Assembly (NCBI GenBank): GCA_028534125.1
Contig: CM052818.1
Coordinates: 22,446,001 to 22,510,000 of the forward strand
Direction of reading: 5' to 3'
Source of the DNA: Lama glama
Taxonomy: Eukaryota
Length of the DNA: 64,000 bases
In this document: positions 13,380-25,246 of the stretch, piece by piece
Numbering within the stretch: position 1 is the first letter of the stretch
Layout: the number at the start of each line of letters is the position of its first letter
Position numbers and translations under genes: made by a program
Notes under the pieces: model-generated
Databases searched by the model: none
What the model was told of the DNA's origin: nothing
The model's input: only the letters and a program-made list of their open reading frames with translations

Positions 13380-14165
13380 GGGTCACTTCCCCTCCCACAG
13401 CAGCCTGGCTCCCTTGCCTGCCCCTGCTGAGTCCTGATACGCCTGTGTGCCTCACCTGCTCCACGCTCCGCTCTTCTCTTGCACAATGCACTCTGGAGTT
13501 CTCGCACCAGAAGCAGTGCACTCTCCTGTATCTTCAGCCCCTTCTTGGAATGTTTCCTCCTCCTGGCCCTGAGCCACCCCCTCCTGCAGCCCTCTCAAGT
13601 GCAGGCTGTTTGTTCTCACATTCTCTGCCCCTCAGGGCTAAAAGGTGAAGTTGGTGCTTATTAGTCCTCATTGTCATTTCCAACCCATTACTCCCATCCT
13701 CTTGTAAAGTCCTGAACCACTGACACTCCTGCTTCCAGCCATGCAATCCTCCCTCCTCATCCCTTTCCTCTCCCAGTCTCCCGGATGTTCTGCCTCCGCC
13801 ACTGAAGACCCCAGTTCCAGCCTCATCGTGTTTTTCTCCCCTGCTCCCCCACCACTATCCTACACAAATAGAATGACCTGTATCCACACTCTGACCTCTG
13901 GCTTCCAGCACCTACATGTCCATTGCCACATTTATCCCCAACGACCTTGTGGTCACCCAAAGCCTCTCCACTTCTGAAATCAGAAATTCTCACTTCCCAC
14001 TATCCACCCACCCATCACCTCCAAGCCTTTCTGCTCCCCGGCCCTGGTGCCCCTGCAACATCTCTCTGGCCTCATAGAACTCTCCAGTCCATTGATTGCT
14101 TTACTTTCTCTCTATCCATCAGCTCCCTCTTGCCTTCTCTTTTTTCCTCTCTCAGCTCAGAGTCC
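13380..14165 (+). mobile_element. L2 LINE fragments
   Basis: Pyrimidine-rich, decayed L2-like sequence that appears to resume at ~14650-14900 after an L1 insertion. Confidence 0.5.
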
Positions 14166-14169
14166 ATGA

Positions 14170-14600
14170 TTTGTGGATGAATAAACTGTGGGATATTCAT
14201 GCAATGGAATATCACAGAGCAGGTTAAATACATGAGCCACAGCAACGTGAAACAGTATGAGTCAATCTTCGCAATATAAAACTAGGTTCAAAAAATGTAA
14301 GTCCCCAAAAACTGCATGGAGAATGATGCCATTTTAATGAGATTAAAAACAATGAACATACAATATATAATTTTTGGAAATATACATAGGTGCAAAAAAA
14401 CTAAATAAAAAGAATATCAAGGGAATGCAGTACACAGAATTCAGGATGATAGTTACTGTAGATGGGGGGAGGCAGGGGATGGGACAGGGAGGAGGAATTA
14501 TATGGAAAGATGTGGGTCACTGTCAAGGCTTTTGTTTGGGTGGTGGTTTTGCAGGTGCCTATTACATCATTACAAATAACTAAATAAAAATAAGCAAGGC
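14170..14600 (+). mobile_element. old L1 (L1ME-like) 3' UTR
   Basis: TGGATGAATAAACTGTGGGATATTCATGCAATGGAATAT...ACACAGAATTCAGGATGATAGTTAC. Confidence 0.75.
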
Positions 14601-14911
14601 ATGGATCAATGCTGAGTGTGTCAGAGAACAAACGATATGTGGAGGAGGAGTCCAATGAAATCAAGATTCCATGGGTAATCACGGCATTACTCTCTTGCAA
14701 ATATATCGAACCTCCCTCGTCTTCCCACCATTAAATTCCCAAATCTCCCTGCGTCTGCACTGTCACAATGGGAGAAGCACCCCAGTTTCTTCAGTGAAAA
14801 ACAAAATTCAATCTCTTGTTCCCTGAATTCCATTCCTTCTCACCTTCTCAAAGGCTTTGTTCCTTCAGTTATCTCCCCACTCTCTTTTCTCATCAACCTC
14901 TCTCTCTCTCT

Positions 14912-14987
14912 CTTTTTAATTTTTTATTGAAGTATAGTTTATTTATAAGGTTAGTTTCAGGTGTACAGCAAGGTGATTCAATTATAC

Positions 14988-15019
<32 letters not shown>

Positions 15020-15500
15020 ATATTTGTTTCTTTTCAGATTCTTTTCCATTATATGTTATTACAAGAAATTGAATATAGGGGGTGAGTGGGTATAGCTCAG
15101 TGGTAGAGCATATGTTTAGCATGCATGAGGTCCTGGGTTCAATCCCCAGCACCTCCATTAAAAAAAAAAAAGAAATTGAATATAGTTTCCTGTGCTATAC
15201 AGTAGGTCCTTGTTGTTTATCTATTTTATATACAGTAATATGTGTTTATTAATCCCCAACTCCTAATTTATCACTCCCTGCCCTCTCCCCTTTGGTAACC
15301 ATAGTTTGTTTTCTATGTCTGTGAGTCTGTTTTTGGTTTGTAAATAAAATTTGCACCATCTTTTTTAAGATTCCACATATAAGTGATATAATATGATATT
15401 TGTCTTTCTCTGTCTGACATACTTCACTCAATATGATCATCTCTAAGTCCATCCATGTTGCTGCAAATGACATTATTTCATTCTTTTTTATGGCTGAGTA
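14912..15500 (-). mobile_element. artiodactyl/camelid L1 3' end, interrupted by a SINE
   Basis: TTTTTATTGAAGTATAGTT...AGATTCCACATATAAGTGATAT...CATCCATGTTGCTGCAAATGACATTATTTCATTCTTTTTTATGGCTGAGTA; minus-strand translation FAATWMDLEMIILSEV is the L1 ORF2 C-terminus. Confidence 0.92.
15079..15169 (+). mobile_element. tRNA-derived camelid-type (Vic-1-like) SINE
   Basis: A box TAGCTCAGTGG, B box GGTTCAATCC, poly(A) tail, and an exact 16-bp TSD AAGAAATTGAATATAG at 15063-15078 and 15170-15185. Confidence 0.92.
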
Positions 15501-16699
15501 AAGCCTTCCCTTTTTAATGGGTTATTTCCACAAGCACACAACATGCTCTAGTCTCTTCCATCTTAAAAATAGATAAACTTGTTGAATTGGTTAGAATTAA
15601 AATTTAGCCTGCTGTAACAGAGAAATTCCCAAAGACTGTATCTAACAAGTAGATGTTTGACTTTTGCATGAAAAGTCTACGAAGGCAGTAGAGGGGTGAT
15701 ATGATAGCTTCTACTATCTGTTGCTCTGCCATCCTTAACGCACGCTCTCTTTCCCAGTTGGATGCCCTGGCCCTTGCTGGCACTTCAACCTACCAGCCAG
15801 AAGGAAAGGGGAAAAGGAGAAGATATGTCTACTCCCTTTGAAGGGCACAACCTGGAAGTTGCCAACATCGTGTCCACTCATGGTGTTGTCCTCAGACTCA
15901 AAGCACCTAGTTACAGAAGAACTTAGGAAATACAGTCTTTCGCTGGGCAGCAATGTGTCCACTTAAACATTCCACCACTACTGCAGAAAAGAGAATGGCT
16001 ACTGGGGAAACACTAGCAATCTCTGCCACAGCCTGCACCTCTGACCCCCCCCAAATAAATGCACATTCTGTTCTCACACATGGAACATGCTAACTGCTTT
16101 CCCAAGTCCCACACCCACATCACTGCATTCCATCCATCACTGCAACCAGCTCAGAATCCAGGCCCTCCTGTGCCATTGTCAGATCTTCATATGAAGTTCA
16201 GATGTTGGTCCAGTGACATATAAACCAAAAGACAAGTTATTTATTTGTCGCCATTGATGAGCCAGCAACACATACACATATATGATAGGAAGTATGAACA
16301 GGAAAACCACAATTAAATCTGCTATTTGGAAAGGGGGAAATAGAAAACACATAGCAGGAACATAGCAATTAGCAGATCCCCCTGGGCAAGGATTTCAAAG
16401 TTCCCGGTTCCAGAGAAGAGTATGTTACTTGGTTCTCAACACCAGAAAACATTCTCTGTGGCTTTTGGCTCTGCCTCCTGGCAGTCCTTCTTTGTCTCCC
16501 TGTTGTCCTCCAGGGCCACATCTGAAAAGGGCACTGGAGAAGATACCCTTCTAGGGTGGTGAGGGTATAGCATTCACAGTCTCTTTCCTTCTGGTGCAGA
16601 TTTGGGAACTCATAACTTGCTTTAGGAACTGAGCAATCCTAGAGTCATATTGGCCAGGCGTGTGGACTTTTGCCAATTAATTTCCCTCAAAAACTTAGC

Positions 16700-18625
16700 A
16701 TAACATACAAAAACTAAATATTAAAAATAATCCAATTTATAATCATATAGAAAAGGATTAGATAGGACTAAATCTAACAACAGAAGTTCCAGGCTTGTAC
16801 ACCGAAAACTATAAAAGATCATTAAAAGAAATTAAAGAAGACCTAAATAAATGGAAAGTCATCCTATGTCCATGGTTTGGAAGACTTAATATTGTTACAA
16901 TGGTAATACTCCCCCAAGTGACCTACAGAGTCAATGAAATCCCTATTAAAATCTCAGTTGCCTTTTTTTTTTACAGAATTAAAAAAATGTATCTTAAGAT
17001 TCCTAGAAAATTGCAAGAGTATCCAAGACAGTCTTGAAAAAGAAGAATAAAGTTGGAAGACTCACACTGCCCTATTTCAAAACTTACTAGAAAACTATAG
17101 TCACCAACAGTGTGGCACTGGCATAAGGACAGATATATAAATCAAAGGAACAGAACTGAGAATCTAGAAACAAACCTTTACACACGGTGAAAGAACAGTC
17201 TTTTCAACAAATAGTCCTGGGACAACTAGATATCCATATTCAAAAGAATGTAGTTGGATCCCTACCTCACGTCAAAAATATAAAAATTAACTCAAAGTGG
17301 ATCATGGACCTCAATGTAAGAGATAAAATTATAAAACTTCATGATCTTGGTTTAAACTTTGGCTTTTTAAGATGGAACACCTTAAGTACAAGAGAAAAAA
17401 ATTTAAAAATAGATACATTGGATTTCATCTAAATTTAAAACTTTTGTGCTTCAAAGTACACCATCAGGAAGCTTAAAACACAACTCACAAAATGGGAGAA
17501 AATACTGGTAACTTCTCTATCTGATAAGGAATTTGAATTCAGAATATACACAGAACTCTTATAACTCAACACTAGGAAGACACATAACCCAATTTAAAAA
17601 TGGGCAAAGAATTTGAAAAGACACTTCTTCAAAGAAGAGAATACAAATGTCCAATAAACACATGAAAAGAACCTAACAGCATTAGCCAACAGAGAAATCC
17701 AAATAAAAGTCACAAAGAGATACTGCTCCACAACCACTAGGATGGCTGTAATAAAAAAGACAAATATTAGTGAGTGTTGGAGAGAATGTGGAAAAACTGG
17801 AACTGTCATGCGTTACTGGTGGGAATGTAACTGATGCAGCCATTCTGGAAAACAGTTTGGTAGTTCCTGAGAAAGCTAAACACAGTATTACATTGTGGCC
17901 TTGCAATTTCACCCAGAGGAATTGAAAATATATGTTTGCATAAAAATGTGTTGATGAATGTTTATAGCAAGACTTTTTTTGGTTTGGTTTTTTGGGGGGG
18001 AGGGTCGTAATTAGGTTTATTTATTTATTTTTAATGGAGGTACTATGGATTGAACCCAGGACCCCATGCATGCTAGGCATGCACTCTACCACTGATCTAT
18101 ACCCTGCCCCCGTAGCAACATTATTCATAATAGCTAAAAGTGGAAAAAACCCAAAAAAACTATCAGTTGATGAATGGATAAACAAAATGTGATATATCCA
18201 TACAATGGAATATTATTAAGCCATAAAAAGGAATGAAATACTGGTGGGTGCTACTATATGGATGAATCTTGAAAGCATTATGTCAAGAGAAAGAAGCCAG
18301 ACACAAAAGATCACATATTTTATGATTTCCATTTCTATGAAATACCCCATACAGGCAAATCTATGGAGACTGAAAGTAGATTAGTGGTTGCCGGGGGCTG
18401 GAGGTATGGAGGGAGGAATGGAGATTGGCTGCTAATGGGTATGAGATTCTTTTGGAGGTAATGAAAGTGTCCTAGAATTAGGTATTGGTGATGGTTGCAC
18501 AACTCTGAATACACTAAAAACTACAGAATTTTGCCATTTTTGTTTGTTTTGGTTTTTTTGAATTCTGCCATTTTAAACGGTGAACTTTGTCATATGTGGA
18601 CTATATTTAATTAAACTATGCTTTT
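16700..18625 (+). mobile_element. L1MB-like LINE-1 (ORF2 3' part plus 3' UTR), decayed
   Basis: ORF 16795 reads YTENYKRSLKEIKEDLNKWKVILCPWFGRLNIV (L1 ORF2-like) with frameshifts and stops; typical L1M 3' UTR to ~18620. Confidence 0.93.
17976..18111 (-). mobile_element. camelid-type tRNA-derived SINE inside L1
   Basis: ATGGAGGTACT...GATTGAACCCAGGACC...ATGCTAGGCATGCACTCTACCACTGA is the reverse complement of the 15079 SINE; T-rich tail; imperfect TSD TAGCAAGACTT / TAGCAACATT. Confidence 0.88.
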
Positions 18626-19589
18626 AAATTAGTATAATCCCAGTCTATTTGTTTCCAGTCTGTTCCATGAGCATGTAACCCAGCCAAAAAAGCTGGTGGA
18701 GACACACTTCTTAAGCTGAAGACACATTTATTTACCAGCCTCTATACTCGGTCCATCTTAACTTTATGATAGTTCATGAGGTTACTTAGCATAGTAGGCT
18801 TGGATGAAAACACAACACTCTTAATCTGATCTGGGCTGCTGAACAGACTCCCAGGGGCTGGCATGGGGATCTTAATTAGAGCTGATTGAGAAAGGCTTGG
18901 GCCAGTCTTTTCTCCTGGGAAAGCTGCCTCTTCAGGGTTCCTTCACTGCCTCAGTCTAGGGTACGAAAGCAGTTGACTTTCTCAGCAGGTGGAGGCTCCA
19001 AATACTGGATTCTTAGTCAGCTTACAATGCTGGCCACAGGCAGGAAGAATCTCCATTAACGGAGCTCTATTTTCTTTGCTCAGCTTGGAAACTCTTTCTT
19101 CTGAGTTTTCCCTCTTCCAGGACGTGCTAAATATGGGAAGACCATGTTCACCAACATCCGCACCTTTTCTGACCAGTTCCTCTTGAACTAGAGGCTCAGT
19201 AGGCACGTGAACTGGCCTCTGAGATATCAGAGGAGACAGTGTCTCTGAACAGTTCGCACAGCATGGGTCAACAGCTTTCCAGCCTGAAATATCTGCTCAC
19301 TGTCTGACAAAAGCACAGTGTCTCATATTTAAAATTTTGCCACATCCAGCATTCCACTTCTTGTTATCAAATCCTGTTCATCAGAATATGGTGTAGACTG
19401 TTGTGGAAAAGACCTCAAACTACATTGGCTTAAACAAAATAGAAGGGCTTTTTTTTCCCCCCTATTATGTAACTTGATGGGTTAGGGCTGCTACAGCGGT
19501 TTAGTATATTTGGAGGGCTCAGGTTTCTGGTGTCTTTTTACTTCACTATTTTCAACACCCTGCTTCCATCACACAGTCTAAGACCCCTT

Positions 19590-20020
19590 CTGTCATAGGT
19601 TGGGGAGCTGAGGAAACAGACTCTGAGACAGAGGTTCGCAGCCAGATGTTCTACTTGGGGGTGCTCTTGGGACAAGCACTGAAGGGAAGGAGTGATGGAA
19701 GGAGGACTGGGCAAAGGGCAGAGCTGAGCTGTGATGCAGTCACAACAGAGGACTCCACCAGTCCCAGAGGGGCTCTGGAGCTGGGGTGGCCTTCAAGTTT
19801 GTCTCAACTGAGACAAAGAGTAGGGCTCATCACCCCACCAGTCACTGGATACAGGCCCCCTGTTGATACCCTCCAGGAGGAAGCATAGCTGTGGGCAGAA
19901 CAGTTTCTGGGGAAAGATTTAGCTGAGCAGTGAGTGGGCAATACTCTTGGCAGCTGGAGGAAGGAGGGCTTCGGTTTTGAATGGGGCATCAGGGAGTGTC
20001 CACTGGTGTCCAATGCCACA
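19590..20020 (-). mobile_element. LTR16-like ERVL LTR
   Basis: AAACAGACTCTGAGACAGAGG...GAGCTGTGATGCAGTCACAACAGAGG...GCTCTGGAGCTGGGGTGGCCTTCA. Confidence 0.7.
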
Positions 20021-20234
20021 AGAGCCCCTCTGGCCCTCACCACCAGATTAACCCTGCAAGGTAAAACTTGAGAATGAAAGCAAAAGTGAATTTGGGAGTC
20101 TCTGCCACATGTCCCTTGATGCCATGTCCACCTCCAGCCATTGTTTCATCTGTCTGTCCCTCCTCAGAACCTAACTTCCTCCACTTCTGCATCTGTCTTT
20201 GCTCCAGAAGAACCACCTGACATCTCTTGGAAGC

Positions 20235-20660
20235 TGTGTTAGTCTTTTTGGATTGTCTCTTTCAGTCACATGCAAAAGTATTCAAACTAGCTCCTAAGGG
20301 AGAAAAGATTTTATTAGGTCATGTATTGGATCAAAGAGAGAATCTAGCTTTAGGCAGGGAAGGGCCCAGAGTCAAATGATGTTACGAGAACTCAGTCTCT
20401 CTCCATTTGACCCTCCTCAGTGTTGGTTTCATTCTCTGGCTGAAAGGTGCCACTGACAGCGCCAGCCTTGCATTTCCTTACAGCTCACAAACTCAGAGTG
20501 CAACCCTCTCTTCTTCAGTGTTCCCTGCGAGGCTGTGTGCTCACCTCAGGGCCAAACTCCATGTCCAGGGGGTGAGTGCTCTGATTGGCCAGCATGAGTC
20601 ATATCCTACCCTGTGCTGGGGGAAGTGAGGCCATGTAAGTGACAGCCCAACCAGAAGCAC
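20235..20660 (-). mobile_element. old MaLR LTR (MLT1K-like)
   Basis: TGTGTTAGTC...CAAACTAGCT...GCTCTGATTGGCCAGCATGAGTCATAT. Confidence 0.5.
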
Positions 20661-20759
20661 TTGCGGGAGTGGATAGGCAGTGGGGTTCTATTGCTAAAAT
20701 CGAGGGAAGGGAGGCTGATGCTGTCACATGGGCATCTCCAACTCAACATGTCTACAGCT

Positions 20760-21110
20760 GAGCTCTTGTTCCCCTCCCAGCCCCAGATATGCAGTCTCCA
20801 CTCTTCCCATGTGGTAAATGGAAACTCCATCTACCTTCCTGCCTAGGCAAGGGAACCGGGAGCCATCCTTATCCCTCCTTCCCTCTCTACCCTGCTTCCC
20901 AACCCGCACTTACAGATTCTACCACCCAGATGCTCTTGAATCAGTCCCTTCCTCCACTTTCTCCATTGCCAACATGTTGCCCAACCTCCATCACCTCTCC
21001 CTGCATTATTCCGAAGGGCTGCCCTGTCTCCCACTCTTGCTGCTGTGTTTCACATGGCAACCAGAGGCATCCTCTCAAAACCTGCAAATGAGACTGAATA
21101 TAACATGATG
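20760..21110 (+). mobile_element. L2 LINE fragment
   Basis: ACATGGGCATCTCCAACTCAACATGTCTA...TCTCCATTGCCAAC...CCAGAGGCATCCTCTCAAAAC. Confidence 0.65.
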
Positions 21111-22659
21111 ACTACGGGTGTCCTGGAACAAATGGGCATCAGTGCAAAGTATCTGATTCTTATCTTCCATTGGGGAAATCCCAGATATGAGTTCACTGTC
21201 ACTTGTCACAGCACTTGCCACCTGAAGACTTGCTCAGGAACCATTTCCTCCCCCAAACTGGAAGTTCTGGGAAGGCAGGGGTCTTGCCAATCCCATATTC
21301 CACCGGGTCCCAGGCACTATTTGGAGCACACAGCCCTGGGGGCCTGGTGAAGGCGAAATGATGTTCTTGGAATGAGTGGGAGGGGGTCTTGGAGCCAACT
21401 GCTTCCCCCACAGCACTTAGATTTTCCAGAGAGGTCAGAGTCCTGGGGTGGGGTGGAAACAGCAGAGCTGCCATCTGCACGCCCTCCACAGGAAAAGACC
21501 CAGGGAGGAAGAGGAATATGAGAAGAAAGACTGGGCCCAAGGAGGGAGACGGCCCAAGAAAGAAGGCAGGAGAAAGCTGAAGGTAAGAAGGGCAATCAGA
21601 ATGAGAGGGACGGAGGAATCCAGAGAAAGGGGCGGTTAGGGACAGCAGAGTAGGAAGGGCTTGCGGGGTTTGCAGAGGAAAAAGAAACCACTCTTTTTGA
21701 ATGGGCTGGTGGGGTGGGGGGCATCCCCCAACACAGTTTCAGCCTGCCTTGTGCTGCCAGCCCAAGACCACTGTGGGGAGAGTGGGGGACACTCAGCCAG
21801 AGGCTCCCCAAATCAGGAACACCTGCAGTCTATGGTGACTGCCCCGGGCACCCTAAGTCAGTATTCAGCGGTGGCCCAGGCCCAGGAATGATCTATCCAG
21901 ACATGCAGTTACAAGGGCTGGGTTACAGCCGCAGCACTGGCAAGGGCTCGGCGGCAGGAGATAAGAGGGTGGCACCAGGAAGGGTTGTGTGTGTGCTCAG
22001 TTGCAGGCTCACAGCACACCCCCTAGGCCGGCTCACAAGGTCTCCATTGTTGGGGTCTGGCTCCCGGCCCATCACTGGCCAGATAGGAGCTGCTGTTCTG
22101 ACAAGGCAAGAAAAGCACACCCCAAGTTCGTACAGATGCCGTTACCCCATCCTTATCAGGTGGAGGGAAGGGAGCGAGCAAAGCTAATGTTGATTCAGGG
22201 GAAAAAAGGAAAGGCATATTAACAATCATGGCGAAAGTCAGTTCCGGCAGCAGGGGTGGGGGTCACGGGTGCTGGTCTGGCCGAGCTGGGGTTTTTACAT
22301 TGAGCAGTCAGGAGTGTCCAGTGGGTCGGGGAGGAGGCCCCACAGTGTGCCTGGCCCTGTGCTGGGGACAGAAGCCAAGCAGGTGCGTTCTGCTGCCTAG
22401 GACCTGAAATCTAGTTAGGAAAACAGTTCGTTTCTTCACCCAGTATAATCAAGAGCCTGCACGTGGCTCTGTTTGTAGGTGCTGGGGGTTCCTGGGACAG
22501 ACGTTCTAATGGAATGAATGTAACTGAAAATAGAGTTCTGAAGACTAGCATCTCGGGGAGCACACGGTGGGTCAGACAGAGGGAAGGGGGCCGTGGCTCT
22601 GAGATGGCAAGTCAGAAAAGGCACTGGGGACTGGGCGTGGGCAGGGACTGAGGAAACAG

Positions 22660-22860
22660 TGCAGATTATTACTAGGAGGCCCGGTGTAAATCCTAGCTTT
22701 GTCTCCTGCTGGCTGATTCCAGGCAAGGAACCTGGTCTCAATGAGCCAGTTTCTTCATCTGTAAAACGGGACAACACAAGAAACTACCCAAAGGAATTAA
22801 CATTAAGAATGGAAAGAGAATGCAGGTAAGCATGGAGCATTGTGGTAAATCTCGGCAGGT
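22660..22860 (+). mobile_element. MIR SINE
   Basis: CAGTTTCTTCATCTGTAAAACGGGACAAC MIR core. Confidence 0.65.
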
Positions 22861-23536
22861 CCTTGGTCAATCGATATCACAAAGGTGAGTAAGATGAAGC
22901 CACCACCTGCGGGGGCTGACAGACTGAAAAGGGAGGTAAGACATGGGAAAGGTGGGGTGGACCAAAGCCAGGCTGGTGGGAAGGGGGAAGGCAGCTCTGA
23001 GGACAGGAAGAGCATGAGCAAAGGAATAATAGCCCAAAGGAGCCCAGCCAGGGTGGGGGTGGGGTGGGGGTGCGGCCATTCACATACAGCCCCAGCCCCC
23101 CAGCCCCCAGCCCCCCACCCCGCCTCCACCCCACCCCCTACTCCTGGCTCCCACCCCTCCAAGAACACAGAGTGAGCCAAAGATGGTCACTCTCTGGGAT
23201 CAGCATTTAAAAACTCTGCTGCGCCATTTGGGAGTGCTTTAAAACATAGATTTGGGGGGAAAAAAAAACACTTCAAAGATGAAAAGTCCCTAGAAAATGT
23301 CAGTCTGTAGAATCTGCAGCCCCCAAGGCATCAAGTAAAGCCCATTCAATGAAGATTAGATGTTGATTAAAAGGAGAGGGAATGGGCTACATGGACGTTG
23401 GTTGCTGGGAAACCTGATTAGAAAGGTGCCCGGGTAGGGGGTGAACTCGTGTCCTGTGTGCACGTGTGTCACGAGCTGGAGCAAGTCTGAGACAAAGCTG
23501 CCGCGGGCGGACGAGGCATGGGAAAAACAGAGAGGC

Positions 23537-23919
23537 TTCCTAGTCCTCTTGGGCGGCAGTAACCAAGTACTGCAGCTTGGGTGGCTTCAACGGTACACAT
23601 TTATTTCTTAGAGTTGAGGCTAGAAGTCCAAGGTTAAGGTGCCGGCTGATATGCTTCCTGCTGAGGGCGCTCCTCGTGGCTTGCAGACGGCTGTCTTCTG
23701 TGTCCTCACGTGGCCTTTCTTCTGTGCAGGTGCAAATCTCTCGTGTCCCCTCCTCTTCTTATTAGGACATCAGTCCTATCAGATTCTAGCACCAACCTTA
23801 TGACCTCATTTAACCCTAATTACTTCTTTAGATACCCCATTTCCGAATATGGTCACACTAGGTGGTTAGGGCCTCCATCCATGAATTGTGGGGGTGACAC
23901 AAACATTTAGTCCATAACA
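23537..23919 (-). mobile_element. MaLR LTR, MLT1A-like, solo
   Basis: GAGGCTAGAAGTCCAAGGTTAAGGTGCCGGC...TTATGACCTCATTTAACCCTAATTAC...GACACAAACATTTAGTCCATAACA; 5-bp TSD GAGGC/GAGGT. Confidence 0.9.
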
Positions 23920-24439
23920 GAGGTCTTCTTCAGTGTGCAAAGCAGAGGCAAGAAAAGGTAGTGTGCTAGGAAACAAGGTTTTCCCTGGAAATTAGCAGAA
24001 CAGATCACAGATTTGTCCTCTTCTTGGGGCAATTAATGCTGACAGCACAGGAGGAGTTACAGATGGCCCATTGCTCCCTGGGAATTCTGAGAACACTTCT
24101 CAGAGCAATTCTTAAATTGGAATAAGGAAGACAGTTTCTGCAGTCATTTATGGCCAGTAAAACCTTAATGATGGAAATACCGGACTATATCCAGGTCTTT
24201 GTCTTGCTTTAAACCTTAACTATTGGTGAGTAACAAGTCTTTATGCATCTTAGTTTAGGAAAGGTTATAAACACAGGACATCTCACTGGGATATTAGAAG
24301 AGTATGATGTTCCATCTTTAATTATGAATACCTTAGAAAACCTTAACTGGTTGGTTCACATTATATAAATGTCTTTGCTCTTGTTATTCAGGTGATGACT
24401 GCTGTGTGAATAGCAGGTGTGGTGCTTGGAGGGAAAGAA

Positions 24440-24700
24440 AAATAAACCTTTATGGAGCCTATTACGTGCCTGTTATTTTATTTACATCATCTCATTTAAT
24501 CCTCCTAACAATTCTGCAAAATTAGCATTAGTCCCATTAATTTGTTGGCTTGTTTGTCTTAAGGTAAGGTTAGGTGGAATTTTCTCCATTTTGCAAAGAA
24601 GGAAACTGAGGCTCAGAGAGGTTAAGTAACTCAGTGGAGATTAACCAGCTAGTAAGTGATTGAGTCAGGATTCAAACTTACGCGTTTCTAAAGCTGGTGT
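24440..24700 (-). mobile_element. MIR SINE
   Basis: ATCTCATTTAATCCTCCTAACAA...GGAAACTGAGGCTCAGAGAGGTTAAGTAACT...CAGGATTCAAAC. Confidence 0.85.
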
Positions 24701-25246
24701 TGATGTTCCTTACATTCTTTGCTGCCCTAGCTTTGCAAATTCAAATTAATGCGACAGAAACAGATTTCACGCACTCAGGCACCTGGCCACTTCATCCAGT
24801 TGTACACATGCACACTCAGGTCTGTGCCTGGCCATAGCCCCTGCCATCACACCCAGCCTCAGGTTGGCTACCTAAGTCCCAGCTGGGGAGTCATTCAGTG
24901 GAAGGGAGGATGTCAAGGGGGTTCCTGACACAGGTTCAAGGTGACGCCTGCTGTTTCCCCTCCTGAATGCCAAGCATTCAATCTGCAATCTGTAATCATG
25001 GGTCCTTCTTTGCCTCAGCCTTTAAGAGAAAGCAGAGGCTACCCACACAGCTCATGTTTCCTTTGTCTCTGTCTGCCCAGTCTTGTATGCTAGCCTTGAC
25101 TGTGGCTCCTCCAGGATGTCTTCGGTCCTGTCCCAGTTGACCCCACCTGATAGAGAGCCCTTTAGATGTGCCAGTGCACAGGACTGCACCCTGGCCTTCC
25201 CATCCCAGGGCTCACTGTGGCGCTCCCTGACTTGGTTTTTAAGACT

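Larger units (their letters stand above)
15580..20110 (-). mobile_element. MLT1 (MaLR) provirus remnant, LTR-int-LTR, with nested L1, SINE and LTR16
   Basis: LTR ~15580-16030 ends in CTCTGCCACA. Internal sequence lies at 16030-16700 and 18620-19374. A second LTR starts at ~19375 and ends CTCTGCCACA at ~20109. The internal sequence is homologous to 33240-34440. Confidence 0.65.

Noticed and set aside
15079..15169. tRNA gene
   Set aside because: It has A and B boxes, but also a poly(A) tail, TSDs and diverged sibling copies, so it is a SINE.
16795..17432. Functional L1 ORF2
   Set aside because: Broken by stops and frameshifts and 5'-truncated; a fossil.
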